A stretch of DNA of 64,000 nucleotides from an uncultured delta proteobacterium (GTDB lineage Bacteria > Myxococcota > Myxococcia > Myxococcales > Myxococcaceae): positions 1,366,412 to 1,430,411 of the forward strand of contig CAVQKE010000003.1 of the NCBI GenBank assembly GCA_963713045.1, written 5' to 3'. Positions 51,652-64,000 of the stretch are shown here, piece after piece (positions within the stretch are counted from its first letter, which is position 1; each line of letters starts with the position of its first letter). Position numbers and translations under genes: made by a program. The notes below the pieces were generated by a model. That model worked only from the letters and a program-made list of their open reading frames with translations. It did not search any database and had not been told where the DNA came from.

Positions 51652-52818
51652 TCAAGCGGGTTGGTTCCAGATGTTCTCGATAAGACTGTAAATGCTTTTG
51701 CTCATTACCTCCCAGCTTCGAGCCCGAAAGAGTGGGGACGCTCTAACCGCGGCTTGACGATACTTCTGGCTTGCGGAGCGCCAAAGCTCCAGCTTCGAGA
51801 CAAGCTCTTCCTTTGACTGAGGGTCGACAAGGAGTAGGTCTTCCAGCTCTCCGCTCACAGCCTCGCACGCTCCCGAGGTCCGGCTAGCAACCACTGGGAT
51901 ACCCGAACTGATCGCCTCGGCGATATTGAGACCGTACGGTTCGTACCGCGAGGGAGCCACGAGGAGATCACTGCTCTTCAAGATCTCGGCCACATCCTCG
52001 CGATATCCCAAAAACCGGACTCGGCCGCCGAAATTCTCCAAGTCAGCGGCTTCGTTCCACTTCCGGAGCAGCCTCCCTGCGCCGACGACGACTAGCTCCA
52101 CGTCGGGCCATCTTTTTGCAATAGTTCGCCATGCGGCAAGAACGACGTGAAAACCTTTCCGATGGTCGCCTAGTCCGCCGACGAAAACGACCCGCCTTAG
52201 GTCGTCGCGAAAGCCCAGCGACGCCGTCAGGATCGTCCGCTGACTGGGTGTGATAGGGCAAAAGCGGTCAGCGTCAACGCCACAGTAGACAGTTTCGATA
52301 CGCGCAGCAAAAATTGGGACGGACTTTAACAGATCGGAGCGAGTTCTATCCGAGTTTGCGATGACGAGTTTCGCCTTGCCGATGGCGCGGCTTTCGCTCC
52401 AATGCGCCAAAGCACGTCTCGCTCGGCTACGCATGCTCTTATCTGCTGAAACCTCCACACCGTGGACAAAGTGCACCCAATTCACCGCGGGTAATGCGCA
52501 GTTGCCGCCGTTTACAACAATTCGCGTGTTTCGCGGCAGACGCGTGGCCACCAGCCGACCAACGAGGTCTAGGCCCCGCTCCGCGGGAAGGCCTAAGCCT
52601 AGTGGTCGTGGGACGTGGTGCACATGAACGCCAGGAATCCCAGCGAGCTGCGCGCTTACACGATGCGAAACGACGTGAAGCGGATGCCCGAGTTTAGCTA
52701 CTAGTTGTGCAAGCTCAAAATTCGCTCGATCCATACCGCCGTTTTCGAAAAAATCGGCCGCGACGATCAGATAGGCGTTCATTTGAGCTACTGCCTCGAA
52801 CCGAAGTCGTCCCGCCAA
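51652..52818 (-). CDS. GT4 glycosyltransferase
   Basis: GGMDRAN, FVGGLGDHRKG, PSRYEPYGLNIAEA. Confidence 0.9.
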   Translation of the reverse strand: MAGRLRFEAVAQMNAYLIVAADFFENGGMDRANFELAQLVAKLGHPLHVVSHRVSAQLAGIPGVHVHHVPRPLGLGLPAERGLDLVGRLVATRLPRNTRIVVNGGNCALPAVNWVHFVHGVEVSADKSMRSRARRALAHWSESRAIGKAKLVIANSDRTRSDLLKSVPIFAARIETVYCGVDADRFCPITPSQRTILTASLGFRDDLRRVVFVGGLGDHRKGFHVVLAAWRTIAKRWPDVELVVVGAGRLLRKWNEAADLENFGGRVRFLGYREDVAEILKSSDLLVAPSRYEPYGLNIAEAISSGIPVVASRTSGACEAVSGELEDLLLVDPQSKEELVSKLELWRSASQKYRQAAVRASPLFRARSWEVMSKSIYSLIENIWNQPA

Positions 52819-52844
52819 ACTGCTGGCCCACTCTACCCGCTGCT

Positions 52845-54251
52845 TTAGCCGCGTACTTCCTGCCTCATCATAGACGGCTCGCCCCGAAGCCGTGGGCTTC
52901 CAGCTTGATGATCGCTAAAAAGCTCGACGCGGCCCAATGCTCTTAATCGCGCTCGAGCGCGGTCGGCATCGCGAGCCGCGGTAGCCGCATGCCTTCCCTT
53001 TCCGATCTCACCAAAATAGAGCATGACGAGCATCGTCGCCGGGATTGCTGCAAGGAGCCCCGCACCAATAAGACCTGATGCCCAAGTGAGCGCGCAAACC
53101 AGCCACATCCCTACGGCCCTTGTTCCTCGCCGGCGAATTGTCGCCGCAGAACTTCCGAGTAGCGACCCCACAAAAAACACCCAAAGGAGCAGCCCGGGAA
53201 GTCCCTCCTCGAGTAGGAGGCGGCCATACTCACTTTCTATCCCCACAGGGGGCCGCGCATACTCAGCGAGAAAAGTCGGCACACTTGTTCCAAACGCACT
53301 TCCCAGCCCCTTCCCCATCGGGTAGTCGCTGAGAATATCCCAAAAGTTCATGTTAACGCTTCCCGCGACGCGCTCACTCACTAGTTCTGGATCGGCGAGA
53401 CTTTCAAACCTCCTTAGCCGACTACTTTGCGACACGGAGTAACCGACCGCTGCCATACCTATAATGAGTAACAATAGGACCACCGGCCGCTTCCTTAGCT
53501 GAAGTAGCGAGCCGGCCACCACGCAGCTAAACAGCACAACGGGGAGCCTGGCTCCACACGCGAACACACCGAGAGCGGCGAGGGCAAGGGCAACAAATGT
53601 CAGCCATCGGGATGGCCGTGCCTCCTCTAATCGCGCCAAAAGCAACGGAATGAGCGCTACCATGGTGCCTCCGTACGCGTGTGCGGAGCTAAATGTAGCA
53701 GGTATTCGATAAAATCCTCCGACGATGTCGTTCGATCTATAAATGTTTTGTGTAAGGTCATTCAATGGAAAGAATGGCTCCAGACCAAACACTACCTCCC
53801 CTATCGCGACCACAGACACTCCGACGACGCACCATTCAGCCCAAGCACTTACCTCGCTCCAATCCTTTGGACCTAAGAGGCTTCCCACGAGAATAAGCGG
53901 TACGAACAATACCGCATTGCGTAAACCCGCAATCTGGACAAGGACATGCTGTGCCTCGAGAAAGGGACTGATCAGAATAATGATCAGGGGCCACGCCATT
54001 AACAGAACTGTCCACGTACGCAAAGAGCCAGGGCGGCCCTCGCTTCGGAATCGAACGCGCGGAAGAACGCTCAAGTAAAGACCTCCAAGAGCGGCGTCGA
54101 AGCAAAAGCGCGCCAAGCCATCCGGAAAATTTCCGCGCAACCAGCCGTAGCAGGATCCAACGGCGAGAGCGAAGCCAAGGCCATTACCCAAGGTTTTTCG
54201 CGAGAGAGCGACCGCACCCGCGAAGGCAAAAATACAAACTATAGGGCCCAT
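52845..54251 (-). CDS. Putative Wzy polymerase of the second pathway
   Basis: Many TM segments, RIPATFSSAHAYG, GARLP, PMGKGLGS..ESEYGRLLLEEG. Confidence 0.7.
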   Translation of the reverse strand: MGPIVCIFAFAGAVALSRKTLGNGLGFALAVGSCYGWLRGNFPDGLARFCFDAALGGLYLSVLPRVRFRSEGRPGSLRTWTVLLMAWPLIIILISPFLEAQHVLVQIAGLRNAVLFVPLILVGSLLGPKDWSEVSAWAEWCVVGVSVVAIGEVVFGLEPFFPLNDLTQNIYRSNDIVGGFYRIPATFSSAHAYGGTMVALIPLLLARLEEARPSRWLTFVALALAALGVFACGARLPVVLFSCVVAGSLLQLRKRPVVLLLLIIGMAAVGYSVSQSSRLRRFESLADPELVSERVAGSVNMNFWDILSDYPMGKGLGSAFGTSVPTFLAEYARPPVGIESEYGRLLLEEGLPGLLLWVFFVGSLLGSSAATIRRRGTRAVGMWLVCALTWASGLIGAGLLAAIPATMLVMLYFGEIGKGRHAATAARDADRARARLRALGRVELFSDHQAGSPRLRGEPSMMRQEVRG

Positions 54252-55369
54252 GCGCCCGCTTTAGACTGTATGGCACAGCTGCGCGCGGCGCCCGCCAGCG
54301 CAGCTCCAAGCTCGCGGACCCCAGTCTCAAATGTGTACCGAGCTCGTGCCAGGGCACACCCTGTATGACCCATTTCTTCGCGCTGCTCGCGATCTCGAAT
54401 CAGTTCTTCCAAGGCATTGGCGAGCGCGGCCGGCTCAGCGCGAACGAGCTTCCCGCCGCCTTCGGAAAAAATCTCTTCCGCTCCTCCCAATTTCGTCGCG
54501 ACAACGGGCACTCCCGAGAGCATCGCCTCAACGAAGACCATCCCAAATGGTTCCGGTGCTATATTCGGGTGGCAAAAGACATCCGCTGCGGCCAGAAGGC
54601 GAAAGACATCCGTTCGGTGGCCGAGGAATTGGACACGGGATTCAAGACCGAGGCGGTCGCGCAGCCTCACTAGCGACTTCGCGTACTTCTGCTTTCCGGG
54701 CTGCTCTGCCCCGACGAAAACCGCCCGCCAGTCAGAATCGAGCTCTAAACGTGACAGTGCTTTTAGATGGAGTCGGTGGCCCTTGTATGGATCCAGACGA
54801 CTAGCTTGGAGCACGAGCACGGTGTTCGGAAGGATACCAAGCTGTGCGCGCGCAGCCACGCGCTCGACCGCCGGGGGCTGCGTAAACGGGTAGGTGCAAA
54901 CGACAGCACGCGTCTTCCCAGCCCACCATCGGCTCTTTCTAAGAGTGAACCTGCTGTTCGCGATTACGAGCTGAGGTCGCGTTCTGCGTGCGAGCAAATC
55001 TAACCAGTGTAAGCCGGGTGGGTTGTGAAAGAAGAGCGCCAGAGGAATCCCGGCTCGCCGCGCTACCGGCCCAAACACGCAATGGACCCACGACCCGTGA
55101 GTAACAATTATATCCGGGCGATTGGCGTCAATTAGCTCCAAAAGCGCGCGCCGAGCGGCCACGACCGATCCTCGCCTGCTTAGACGAACCGCGCCGAGAG
55201 CTGTAACTTCGACTCCTTCAGCTCTTAGTTCGTTCTCCAATTGGCCGGGAAAGCAAAGCGCAAAGTTCGGGATCATTTCCTCGCATGCAGCCCGCCCAGC
55301 GGCGTAGGAAACGAGCGCCCTTTCGATGCCACCATAGATGTTGCCCGCTCCAGCGTGGAGGACCTTCAT
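54239..55369 (-). CDS. GT4 glycosyltransferase
   Basis: GGIER, SRLDPYKGH, PEPFGMVFVEAM. Confidence 0.9.
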   Translation of the reverse strand: MKVLHAGAGNIYGGIERALVSYAAGRAACEEMIPNFALCFPGQLENELRAEGVEVTALGAVRLSRRGSVVAARRALLELIDANRPDIIVTHGSWVHCVFGPVARRAGIPLALFFHNPPGLHWLDLLARRTRPQLVIANSRFTLRKSRWWAGKTRAVVCTYPFTQPPAVERVAARAQLGILPNTVLVLQASRLDPYKGHRLHLKALSRLELDSDWRAVFVGAEQPGKQKYAKSLVRLRDRLGLESRVQFLGHRTDVFRLLAAADVFCHPNIAPEPFGMVFVEAMLSGVPVVATKLGGAEEIFSEGGGKLVRAEPAALANALEELIRDREQREEMGHTGCALARARYTFETGVRELGAALAGAARSCAIQSKAGAWAL

Positions 55370-55432
55370 GCGCTAGGCAGCCCGGACGACTTCTTGAGTA
55401 ACGAGCGTCTCGCACATTCGGCTCGCATGAGC

Positions 55433-57619
55433 TCAGACAGTGTCCTTGGCGTCCTCGTAGCCGTAGCGACGATACGCTTCATAGTAGTAGCCGTAGCGCG
55501 AATCTCCGATATCCACATCGTTTAAAATTGCTCCGAGCACATGTGCCTGCACTGCTCGTAGCGTGCGAAGCGCTCGCTGAGCCAGCGCGCGTGGTGTCTG
55601 CGATGCGCGAAAGACGACTAGCACGCCGTCGACCTGCGTCGAAAGGACTAGCGGATCCGCGACCGCGTTAACGGGCGGACTGTCGAAGATGACGCGGTCA
55701 AATGAGCCCACGGCCGCGTCGACAAAGTCCTTGAACGCCTTTGCGTGAAAGAGCTCAGCGGGGTTGGGCGGAATCGGACCGCATGGAGCGACGAAGAGAT
55801 TTGGCACCTCTGTACTCTTGACCACCTGAGCGAGCGTTGCCTCACCGACAATCGCCGAGCTGACACCTAGCTCGTTTGCAACGCCGAATGCCTTGTGAAG
55901 CCGTGGCCGTCGCATATCGGTATCGACCAGGAGCACGCGGCTTCCGCTCTGAGCCATGGTAATACCTGCGTTGATGACCGTAGTACTCTTGCCCTCGCGC
56001 GGTCCGCTCGACGTCACAAGCATTGTCCTCAGCGGGCGGTCCGGCGTCATAAAGAGAAGGTTCGTCCGGATGGCCCGGCACGCCTCTGCCACGCTCGACT
56101 TAGGATTTCGATAGACGAAGAGCTCGCGGTCGTCTTCTGTTTTGCCCTTGGTCTGCGGCAACCTTGGGACGAAGCCTAGGAAGGGCAAGCCAATACGCTC
56201 CTCCACGTCTCCCTGGCTATTCACTGTGTTGTCCAATTGCTCTAGCAGGAATGCCAATCCCGTGGCCCCTACGAGCGCCAAAAGGAAACCTAAGAGCAAG
56301 GAGCTCCGGACCTTTGGACGCACCGGCACGAGCGACGGGCGGGCACCATCGAGAATTCGCGCGTTACTCGTTCGGAGCAATCCGGAAAGCTCTGTGTCCT
56401 TGAGCCGCTTCAACACCATGTCGTACAGGCGTTGATTGTTGTCCGCCTGTCGCTTGAGCCGGTCGAACTCGATCTGCCTCTTGTTCACCTCGAATGCTTC
56501 GGTTTTGGCTGCCTCGAAGAGCCCGCTGAGGTTCCTTTCGCGAGCTTCGGCCTCGAACTGATCAGCTTCAGCCGAACGAACGATGTTGCTAAGCTCTGCA
56601 AGAAGATCCGAACGTGCGGACTTGAGTCGATCCTCACAGGCGACCATCTTCGGATGGTCGGACAAATAGCGTTCGGTCAGAGCCGAACATTCGTTGCGCT
56701 CTGTGAAGTATCGAAGACGAAGCTCGGAAACGAGGGATTTCTCTGGAACCGCGCTAAGAACTGCGGACCACTCCGGGTTCTTTGCGTCGTCGACGGACGA
56801 GTGCAGCCGCTTGATCGCCTCAACGCGTGCACGTAATCCGGCGATTCGCGTCCGCACGTCCGTCAGCGCGCCATTGTAGGCGTTGAGCCGTTGTGAAACC
56901 ATGCTCGCGCGGTCCTCAAGGGACGTGGTGAGCATGTCCGCGTCTTTCTTGAAATCGTAAACAGCAATTTCGCTGTGTTTGCTTTTTTGCTCGAGCTCGG
57001 CCAGGCGATCCTCGAGCCAACGGTTGGCGCTCTCTGACGTCTTGAGGCGAAGCGCGAGATTCTCCGCTATGTAGGCTTCGGCAACCTCGTTGGCCAGCAG
57101 AGCCGCACGCTGCGGTGAAGAGTCCTCGACCACGATTCGCGCGATTCGCGAATCCTTCACGGGGACGACAGAGATCTTCGACTGAAGCATCGCCGCCGGG
57201 TCCATCTGTTGCATCACCTCTTCGCGTCTTTTCGGGTCGGCAATTCCCTCCATGCCAAGGAAAGACGGGTCTCAATCGAGCCCGAGTTTCTCTACGGCGC
57301 GCTCAGCGACCGCACGGCTGGTGATCACTTTGAATTGGGTCTCCGTATACTCCCGACTCCACCAGTAGCCGTTCGAGGCCGAATCACTCACGTCCTGGAC
57401 CTGGCTGTCGAGAATATGCGGGGCGGCGACCTCGATTATCATCGACGCAGAAGCCTCGTACACTTTAGGCTGGCGTAGCGTGTACAGAGCCACAGCGGCA
57501 AAGATCGGAACGAACGTCCCAACAATGACCCAGCGCCTGCGAAGGAGGACGCTCAGGGCATTCTTGAAGTTGAATGGACTGGCGCTGGCCAGTGAAAGCT
57601 CGGCCCCGGTGTCGTCCAA
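55433..57619 (-). CDS. wzc: Wzc polysaccharide co-polymerase with BY-kinase (in-frame TGA at 57272-57274)
   Basis: RRRWVI..TM..PKVYEA, Walker A GPREGKST, A' LLVDTD, B IFDSPP, C-terminal Tyr cluster YGYYYEAYRRYGY. The two ORFs are in the same frame. Confidence 0.9.
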
Positions 57620-57816
57620 ATAGGCTCCTTCTCGCTGTGAGCGTGCCCTGTGAACGAATCCAGGTCAAACCCGCTGTCCGATTTCGAGCAATGTGCCGCC
57701 CGGTAGGCGGCCATCCTTCAGCTGTGTTATTCGACCCGCCGTTCTCGGGCTCTTCTTGCAACGCTCGATTCTCTCACCAGCGGCTGAGGCTGCTCGGAGC
57801 CGCTCTCGGCCTTTGA

Positions 57817-58887
<1,071 letters not shown>

Positions 58888-58928
58888 TCTCCGAAGCTCA
58901 CGGCGCTCCGCGTTGGGTCTGGGTTGTA

Positions 58929-60498
58929 GTGGTCGCCGTGTATGTTCTGGCGTTCCCGTACCATCCGGGGCTCCGTTCGCCGAACGAACTCTGCCGCCTG
59001 ATGCAGACGCGAGCGATTGTCGACTTCGGCGACCTGGACCTTAACCGGGCAATGCAGATCTATGGTCCTGTCGGAGACCTCGCCGTGTACAAGGCGCGAT
59101 ACTACCCGTCGAAGGCTCCGCTCATGTCCTTTGCAGCAGTGCCCGTCTACGTCGGGCTTCGAGTTGCGCTCGGCAGGACACCCGGTGCCGTTTCTGAGCT
59201 TGACGCTCGTATACTTCAGCCGGCTCTTGCTGACGGTGCTGCCCACGCTCGCGGCTCTCCTTTGGCTGCCGGCGTTTGTTGGTCGTCTACGTTTCGCCCG
59301 GCAACAGCGGATGCGATCGCACTCACCTATGCCCTAGGAACTCTCGCCTTCAGTTATTCGCTTCTGTTCATGAGCCATCAGCCAAGTGCTGTCTTGCTCT
59401 TTGCAGCGTTTTACGGACTCTGGCGGTGGTCACGAGGCGAATGGCCGGACCGGACGTTATTTGCACTGGTGTCACTCGCAAGCGCTTCCGTGGTTGCTGA
59501 ATACACCACGGCAATCGCCGTGCTTGCGCTCGCTCTGTACGGGATTCTCACGCTGACGAGGCGTCGAGAGTCGCTAGTCGTGCGGCTATCCGAGAGGGCG
59601 CACTGTTCCTCGCCGGCGCTCTTCCTTTGACCCTTCTACTGATGTGGTACCACAACCGAGCCTTTGGCGGCCCTTTGGAGAGCGGGTACCGACACCTTGC
59701 TGACGTCGCCTATCAACCGTGGCACGAAGGTGGTTTTCTCGGCGTTGGACTGCCTCAACCCCGAGCTTCTTGCTCTCGTTCTTCTCGCCTCTTCGTGGAC
59801 TATTTGTACTCTCGCCCGGGTTGCTGCTCGCGGGCCTAGGGCTGATTCTGCTGTTCCGGCGCGCTCGCACCAGGAAGAACTCAGGCCCATCGCCTGGATG
59901 ACGTTGGCCGTCTGCCATCGGTTACGCCTACTTCACCTCGGCCTTTAGCTATGAATCCTGGGGATGGACGACAGGGCCCAGGCACCTCACCTCTCTGGTG
60001 CCATTTCTTCTATTGCCTGCTGCACTGGCGCTTGAGAGCGCCCGAGCACTTGGCTCCGAGGTCCTTGCGCCGTCTTGCTCGCAGCGTCAGTCGTCGGTGA
60101 CAAGCGCCCTCACCTTCGTCAACTACATCCCCGACGACGTGTCGAATGCTCTCGGCGCGTTGGCCATCCCTTTGACTCGCTCCGGCGACCTCACTCCATC
60201 GGTGCTTTGCGCGCTGGGACTCACCAACCCAATTTCAGGAGTCATCCTCTGGCTCGGAGTTATCGGCCGTCATCGCCTGGCTCGTGTGGTCGCTTCGGCC
60301 CCAGGCATCGATTCGAGCTTGGACGGCGACGCTCGTCACAGCCGTAGCCTATCTGGTTTCAGGCAGCGACTTATCGCGACTCGCGCGTCCGACCGGGGAG
60401 CGCTCGCACTCTTAGAGAGGGTTTGGCTGGCACCGCCGGGGCGCAGCTTCGCATTGGTCACGCCGGCACGGGAAACTCTCAGAAATCGGGCTCCCTGA
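58929..60498 (+). CDS. Polytopic membrane protein, GT-C-fold glycosyltransferase-like (multiple frameshifts)
   Basis: SPNELCR, YYPSKAPLMSF, YSLLFMSHQ, YHNRAFGGPLESGY, FSPLRGLFVLSP, WGWTTGPRHL across several ORFs. Confidence 0.55.
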
Positions 60499-61415
60499 GA
60501 GACCACAGCAGGTGCGGCCAGTCGTCCACGGGCGCGTCTCTGTTCCACGGAGTCAGGAGATCACGAGGCGACACTGCATGATAAGCAGAACGACGCATTC
60601 CTTGCTTCGTGTGGTCGATGCGCCAAGCCCGGTAGCCGCAGCCCGCGAGTAAATCTCCAATCGCGGCGATGCTGCTGCCGAAGTCAGGAAGAGCCGCTGG
60701 ATGAAGCTCGATGACCATGAGCCGGTACCTCCCGGCACGGAGACCCGCATCCATCCCGCGAAGCGCGAGCGCCTCCGCTCCCTCGATGTCCATCTTTAGG
60801 ACGTCCACCTTCTCAATATTTCGCAGGTCTAGAAGCGAATCGATGCTCGCAGTGGAGACCTCGAAGGCGTTCGGATCGTCACCCATTTGTCCCGGGCCGA
60901 GCAACCGCGACATACCCCAGTTCTCTTCATGCTCCTGATATCCTGACATGCGCAAAACGCCCGTTTCGGCCGCCGCAGCGACATGGATTGGTTCGATCTG
61001 ACTAAGAGCGTTATCGCGAACGTTGCGGCTCAATGTCCGGAACAGCCGCGGGTCCGCCTCGATGGAAAGGACACGGCCGCTCTTGCCCGCTCTCTGCGAA
61101 GCGATCAGGCTAAAGTAACCCCAGTGCGCGCCCACGTCGACGAAGGTCTGTCCAGGCTTTACGAGCGCTTCGATGAGTGCGGTTTCCTGCGGTTCGTACT
61201 GGCCGGTGAAGTAGACCTCTCGGGCAAGCGAGTTTCGTAGGTCACATTCGAATATCAATCTCGTTCCGCTCCGCGGAAACGGGCGCAGCGAAAGCGGGAA
61301 CCCGGACCAATCGCGAAAGAACATCCATCGCGCGGTACCGACCACGTGGCAGCCGCCTAACGATGCCCGCGGCGGCAGACAGCCACCAAGGCTCCGCAGC
61401 TCCACTTTCACGCAT
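60479..61415 (-). CDS. FkbM family methyltransferase (frameshift ~61265)
   Basis: YEPQET, FVDVGAHWGYFSL, LKMDIEGAE, IELHP. Confidence 0.9.
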
Positions 61416-61440
61416 CTCGGCCCTCGGCATGAAGGCCAAC

Positions 61441-62982
61441 CTATCCGGGTGATGCCGGACGCTTCAGACCGAGCCGCGACATCCGATAGACGATGGTTCT
61501 CGGGGAAGGCCGAGCGACCCGAGCAGTCTCGGTCACGTTCCAATTCGTTCTCCCGAGCACTTCAAGGAAGGTGCGCCGCTCCAAACTCCGAGCGAAGATC
61601 GGAGGTTTCTCCCTCGGTGTCGCGCCGGGAAACCGCGATAGACCAGACGGAAGGTGCTCGGGCAGGACCTCCCCGAAGCGTCGACGAGCAGTGCAGCGAG
61701 CTGAAGCGCGTTTTTCAGCTCACGAACGTTGCCTGTCCAATCCGTTGAGAGAACTGAGCGCGCGGCTGTGTGTCAACTTTAGCTTTCGCGACTGCCGAAA
61801 CCCGCACATCGAGCAGAACGTGCTCCGCGATTGGCAGTACATCGAGCGGGCGGTCGCGAAGTGCGGGGACCGCCACGGCGATGCGGCGAGCTTGCCCCTC
61901 GTGCACGTGCGCGCCGGCCATCGGTCGGAATGCAGAGGCCTGCCAGAAGCTCGTGGCTTCAGACGGCGGAAGCCCGAAGAGGTGACGAACATAAAGCGTG
62001 CCGCCACGTGCACGATCGACGGCTGTTCGCCAGGCTACATCGTCGAAAGCCGCCGACCTGAAAACGACGAACGGTGCCTGCGGCGAGCGGCGCTCGTGAA
62101 TGACGCGGCCAAGCGTCTCGCGCCCGGAACCAACCTCCCCTGAACGACAACGGCGCCTTTCATCCCTGCCCAGGCATCGCAGAGTGCCCAGAGGCGGACC
62201 ATGACCGGGTCGAAGTGGGGAAGCTCGTCGGCGGGCTCGCGTGCGCTCGGCGAAGAGTCGGTCGAGCGCGCGCCCAACAGAGTCGCGGCGTGGAGAGCTT
62301 CGCTCGGATAGCTTGCCCAGCCCCAACGGAATGGGCGTCCCAGGCGTCCTAGTGCTTCCGAGAGCTGTTCGCGGATTTAATCTGCGTCGACTTGTCCTGC
62401 GCCCGGACAAAGCAACTCGATGGTTCCGGGCGCGGCGTGGCCCATGAGTGCTGGCCGAGTCGCGATGGCTAGACCGTCCACCTCCGGCGCACAGAGGAAT
62501 TCGGTCAATCCATCGCCGAGGAGAGCTCGCGACCGAACGAGTTAGGACGGACAGAGGTGCGCGCGCGGGTTCGGCGCGGCTCACCTCTTCGTCGTACGCG
62601 CTGTTCGAAAGCCTCGTGGCTTGCGGGGGCTGGCGGGGCCACTGGTGGGGAGGAAAACCGCTGAACGAGCAGCGACCAATCGGGTAGAGCAATGAGATCG
62701 CCGGTGCGAGCGTGTGCCGGTCCACGCACCTGAACGTCGTTGACGCGAACGGCCGCTCCACCAGTGCCCGGACCTCAACGGTCCCATCTTCGCTGGCAGT
62801 GACCTTGACCTCCCAGCCATCCTGGCCGTCGACGACATGCGGATGACCAAGGCTGAGGCGAATGGGCTGTGTCGAATGCGGGCCCACCTCAAGCAATGCA
62901 AGGTCGGATGAAGAAGCCCGCAATTGGGCCGCTGTCGCGAACGACGGCTTTGCACTGGCAGAGGGGTGGCCCGCTGCCGCAT
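61441..62982 (-). pseudogene. Degenerate/frameshifted sigma-54-dependent (NtrC/Fis-like) transcriptional regulator
   Basis: GEVGSGRE (Walker-A-like), VPALRDRPLDVLPIAEH, WTGNVRELKN, C-terminal Fis HTH TNWNVTETAR..RTIVYRMSRLGL, spread over several frames. 5' end uncertain. Confidence 0.6.
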
Positions 62983-63227
62983 TTAGCGGCGCGGTGCCAC
63001 CCTCCTTTGGACTCGTCGATCCGAGTTCCGCTTTGACGTCTTAACGGGTGTGCTCTCGGGCACCGGCCTGCCCCTCGGACTCGAGTTCACCATCGCGGAC
63101 CGCTCCAGTGGATCATGCTCAACCCCTTAACGTGTTTGGGACCCAAATAGTCGACCCTTCATGCAGGCTTCACTTCAAGACTGCATTCCGGGCGCCGCGA
63201 TCTCCAATGTTCCCACGAGTCCGACTT

Positions 63228-63898
63228 TCACTGCGAACGCTTGAAACCACTTAACAGGACGTTATCACTGAAAGTTCGGCCACGCAGGCCCAAAACTTTA
63301 GGCCAGCTCCATGCGCTACCCGGGATGCGGCCATGATTTGTAAAGCCCACCTGAATGTTCTCCAGACCGCATTCTACAGCAATGCGACGCAGATCCAATT
63401 CAAGCAACGCCGTGATGTGCGCCGGGTAGTCGACATCTGTGAAGGCGCTGAAGCGATTTTTCACCACCAGAGTCAACTTGCTTAAGAGGCTAAGCTGGTT
63501 CGGCGTCGTGACCAGCACCAAGCCGCCTGGACGCGCTAGCCGAACCAGTTCCCGCATGAAAGCTCGGGGGTTCTCAAGGTGCTCGATGGTCTCGACAGCG
63601 ACCACTGCCCCAGCATGGCAGTTTCCAGCGGGATGCGTCCGTTAAGGTCAGCGCGGATGAAGCGAGCAATCTCGTCCGTCGGGAACTGGTCGTATCGGAC
63701 GAGGTCGACTCCCGCGTAGGAGCCAGCGCGACGCCCCAGGGCTCGAAACAGGTCGCCTGCCCCACATCCGACATCCACGATCCGATCCACAGCGCCAACC
63801 CGGCTGTCGAGCAGTTGCACCGCGGCCTCGAGAATAGGCGAAGCGCTCGTACCCTTTGAGAGTGCCGCGACGTCCGCAGCCGAGATTTCAGCCGTCAT
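63228..63898 (-). CDS. Class I SAM-dependent methyltransferase (frameshift ~63625)
   Basis: IVDVGCGAG, ADLN, VETIEHLENP, PGGLVLVTTPN. Confidence 0.85.
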
Positions 63899-64000
63899 GG
63901 TTTAAGCCAATAAACTGAACCAATTCCCCGCCCCTAGGTGCCACTGGCGTGACTCGCGAGCTGTACCAAGCATACGCAACCGAACCAAGTGAGCGGCAAA

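Noticed and set aside
57695..57711. GCCGCC-N5-GGCGGC hairpin upstream of wzc
   Set aside because: The stem is only 6 bp with no U-tract, which is likely by chance in GC-rich sequence.

Overview
This is GC-rich DNA, most likely from a myxobacterium (Myxococcota), and almost the whole window is one surface-polysaccharide supercluster. The left part (~6.3-31.7 kb) resembles the Myxococcus xanthus EPS (eps) Wzx/Wzy pathway: an EpsZ-like initiating transferase, short OPX, OM beta-barrel, single-domain response regulator, Wzx, Wzy, TWO kinase-less co-polymerases, a BY-pseudokinase, GH9 and GTs. It also carries an AsnB-like amidotransferase, two tandem beta-helix paralogs and an oxidoreductase cassette. 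The right part (~31.7-64 kb) resembles a second, BPS-like pathway: Wzy_C+TPR protein, UbiA-type polyprenyl-phosphate phosphoribosyltransferase, ugd, WecA-like transferase, gmd/rmd, many GT4s and methyltransferases, Wzy, Wzc with BY-kinase, glnB, a GT-C-like membrane protein and FkbM. At the far left (0.9-6.1 kb) is the most unusual element, an uncharacterised module made of an internally duplicated Cys-rich protein, a 50-aa acidic peptide with a basic C-terminal tail (RiPP/scaffold-peptide-like), an acyl carrier protein, two GNAT proteins and a fused tandem alpha/beta-hydrolase with a Cys nucleophile. About 14 genes are interrupted by indels or a stop codon, probably mostly assembly errors. 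I recognised no rRNA, tRNA, CRISPR array or IS element. All family calls come from motif recognition by eye; no searches were run.
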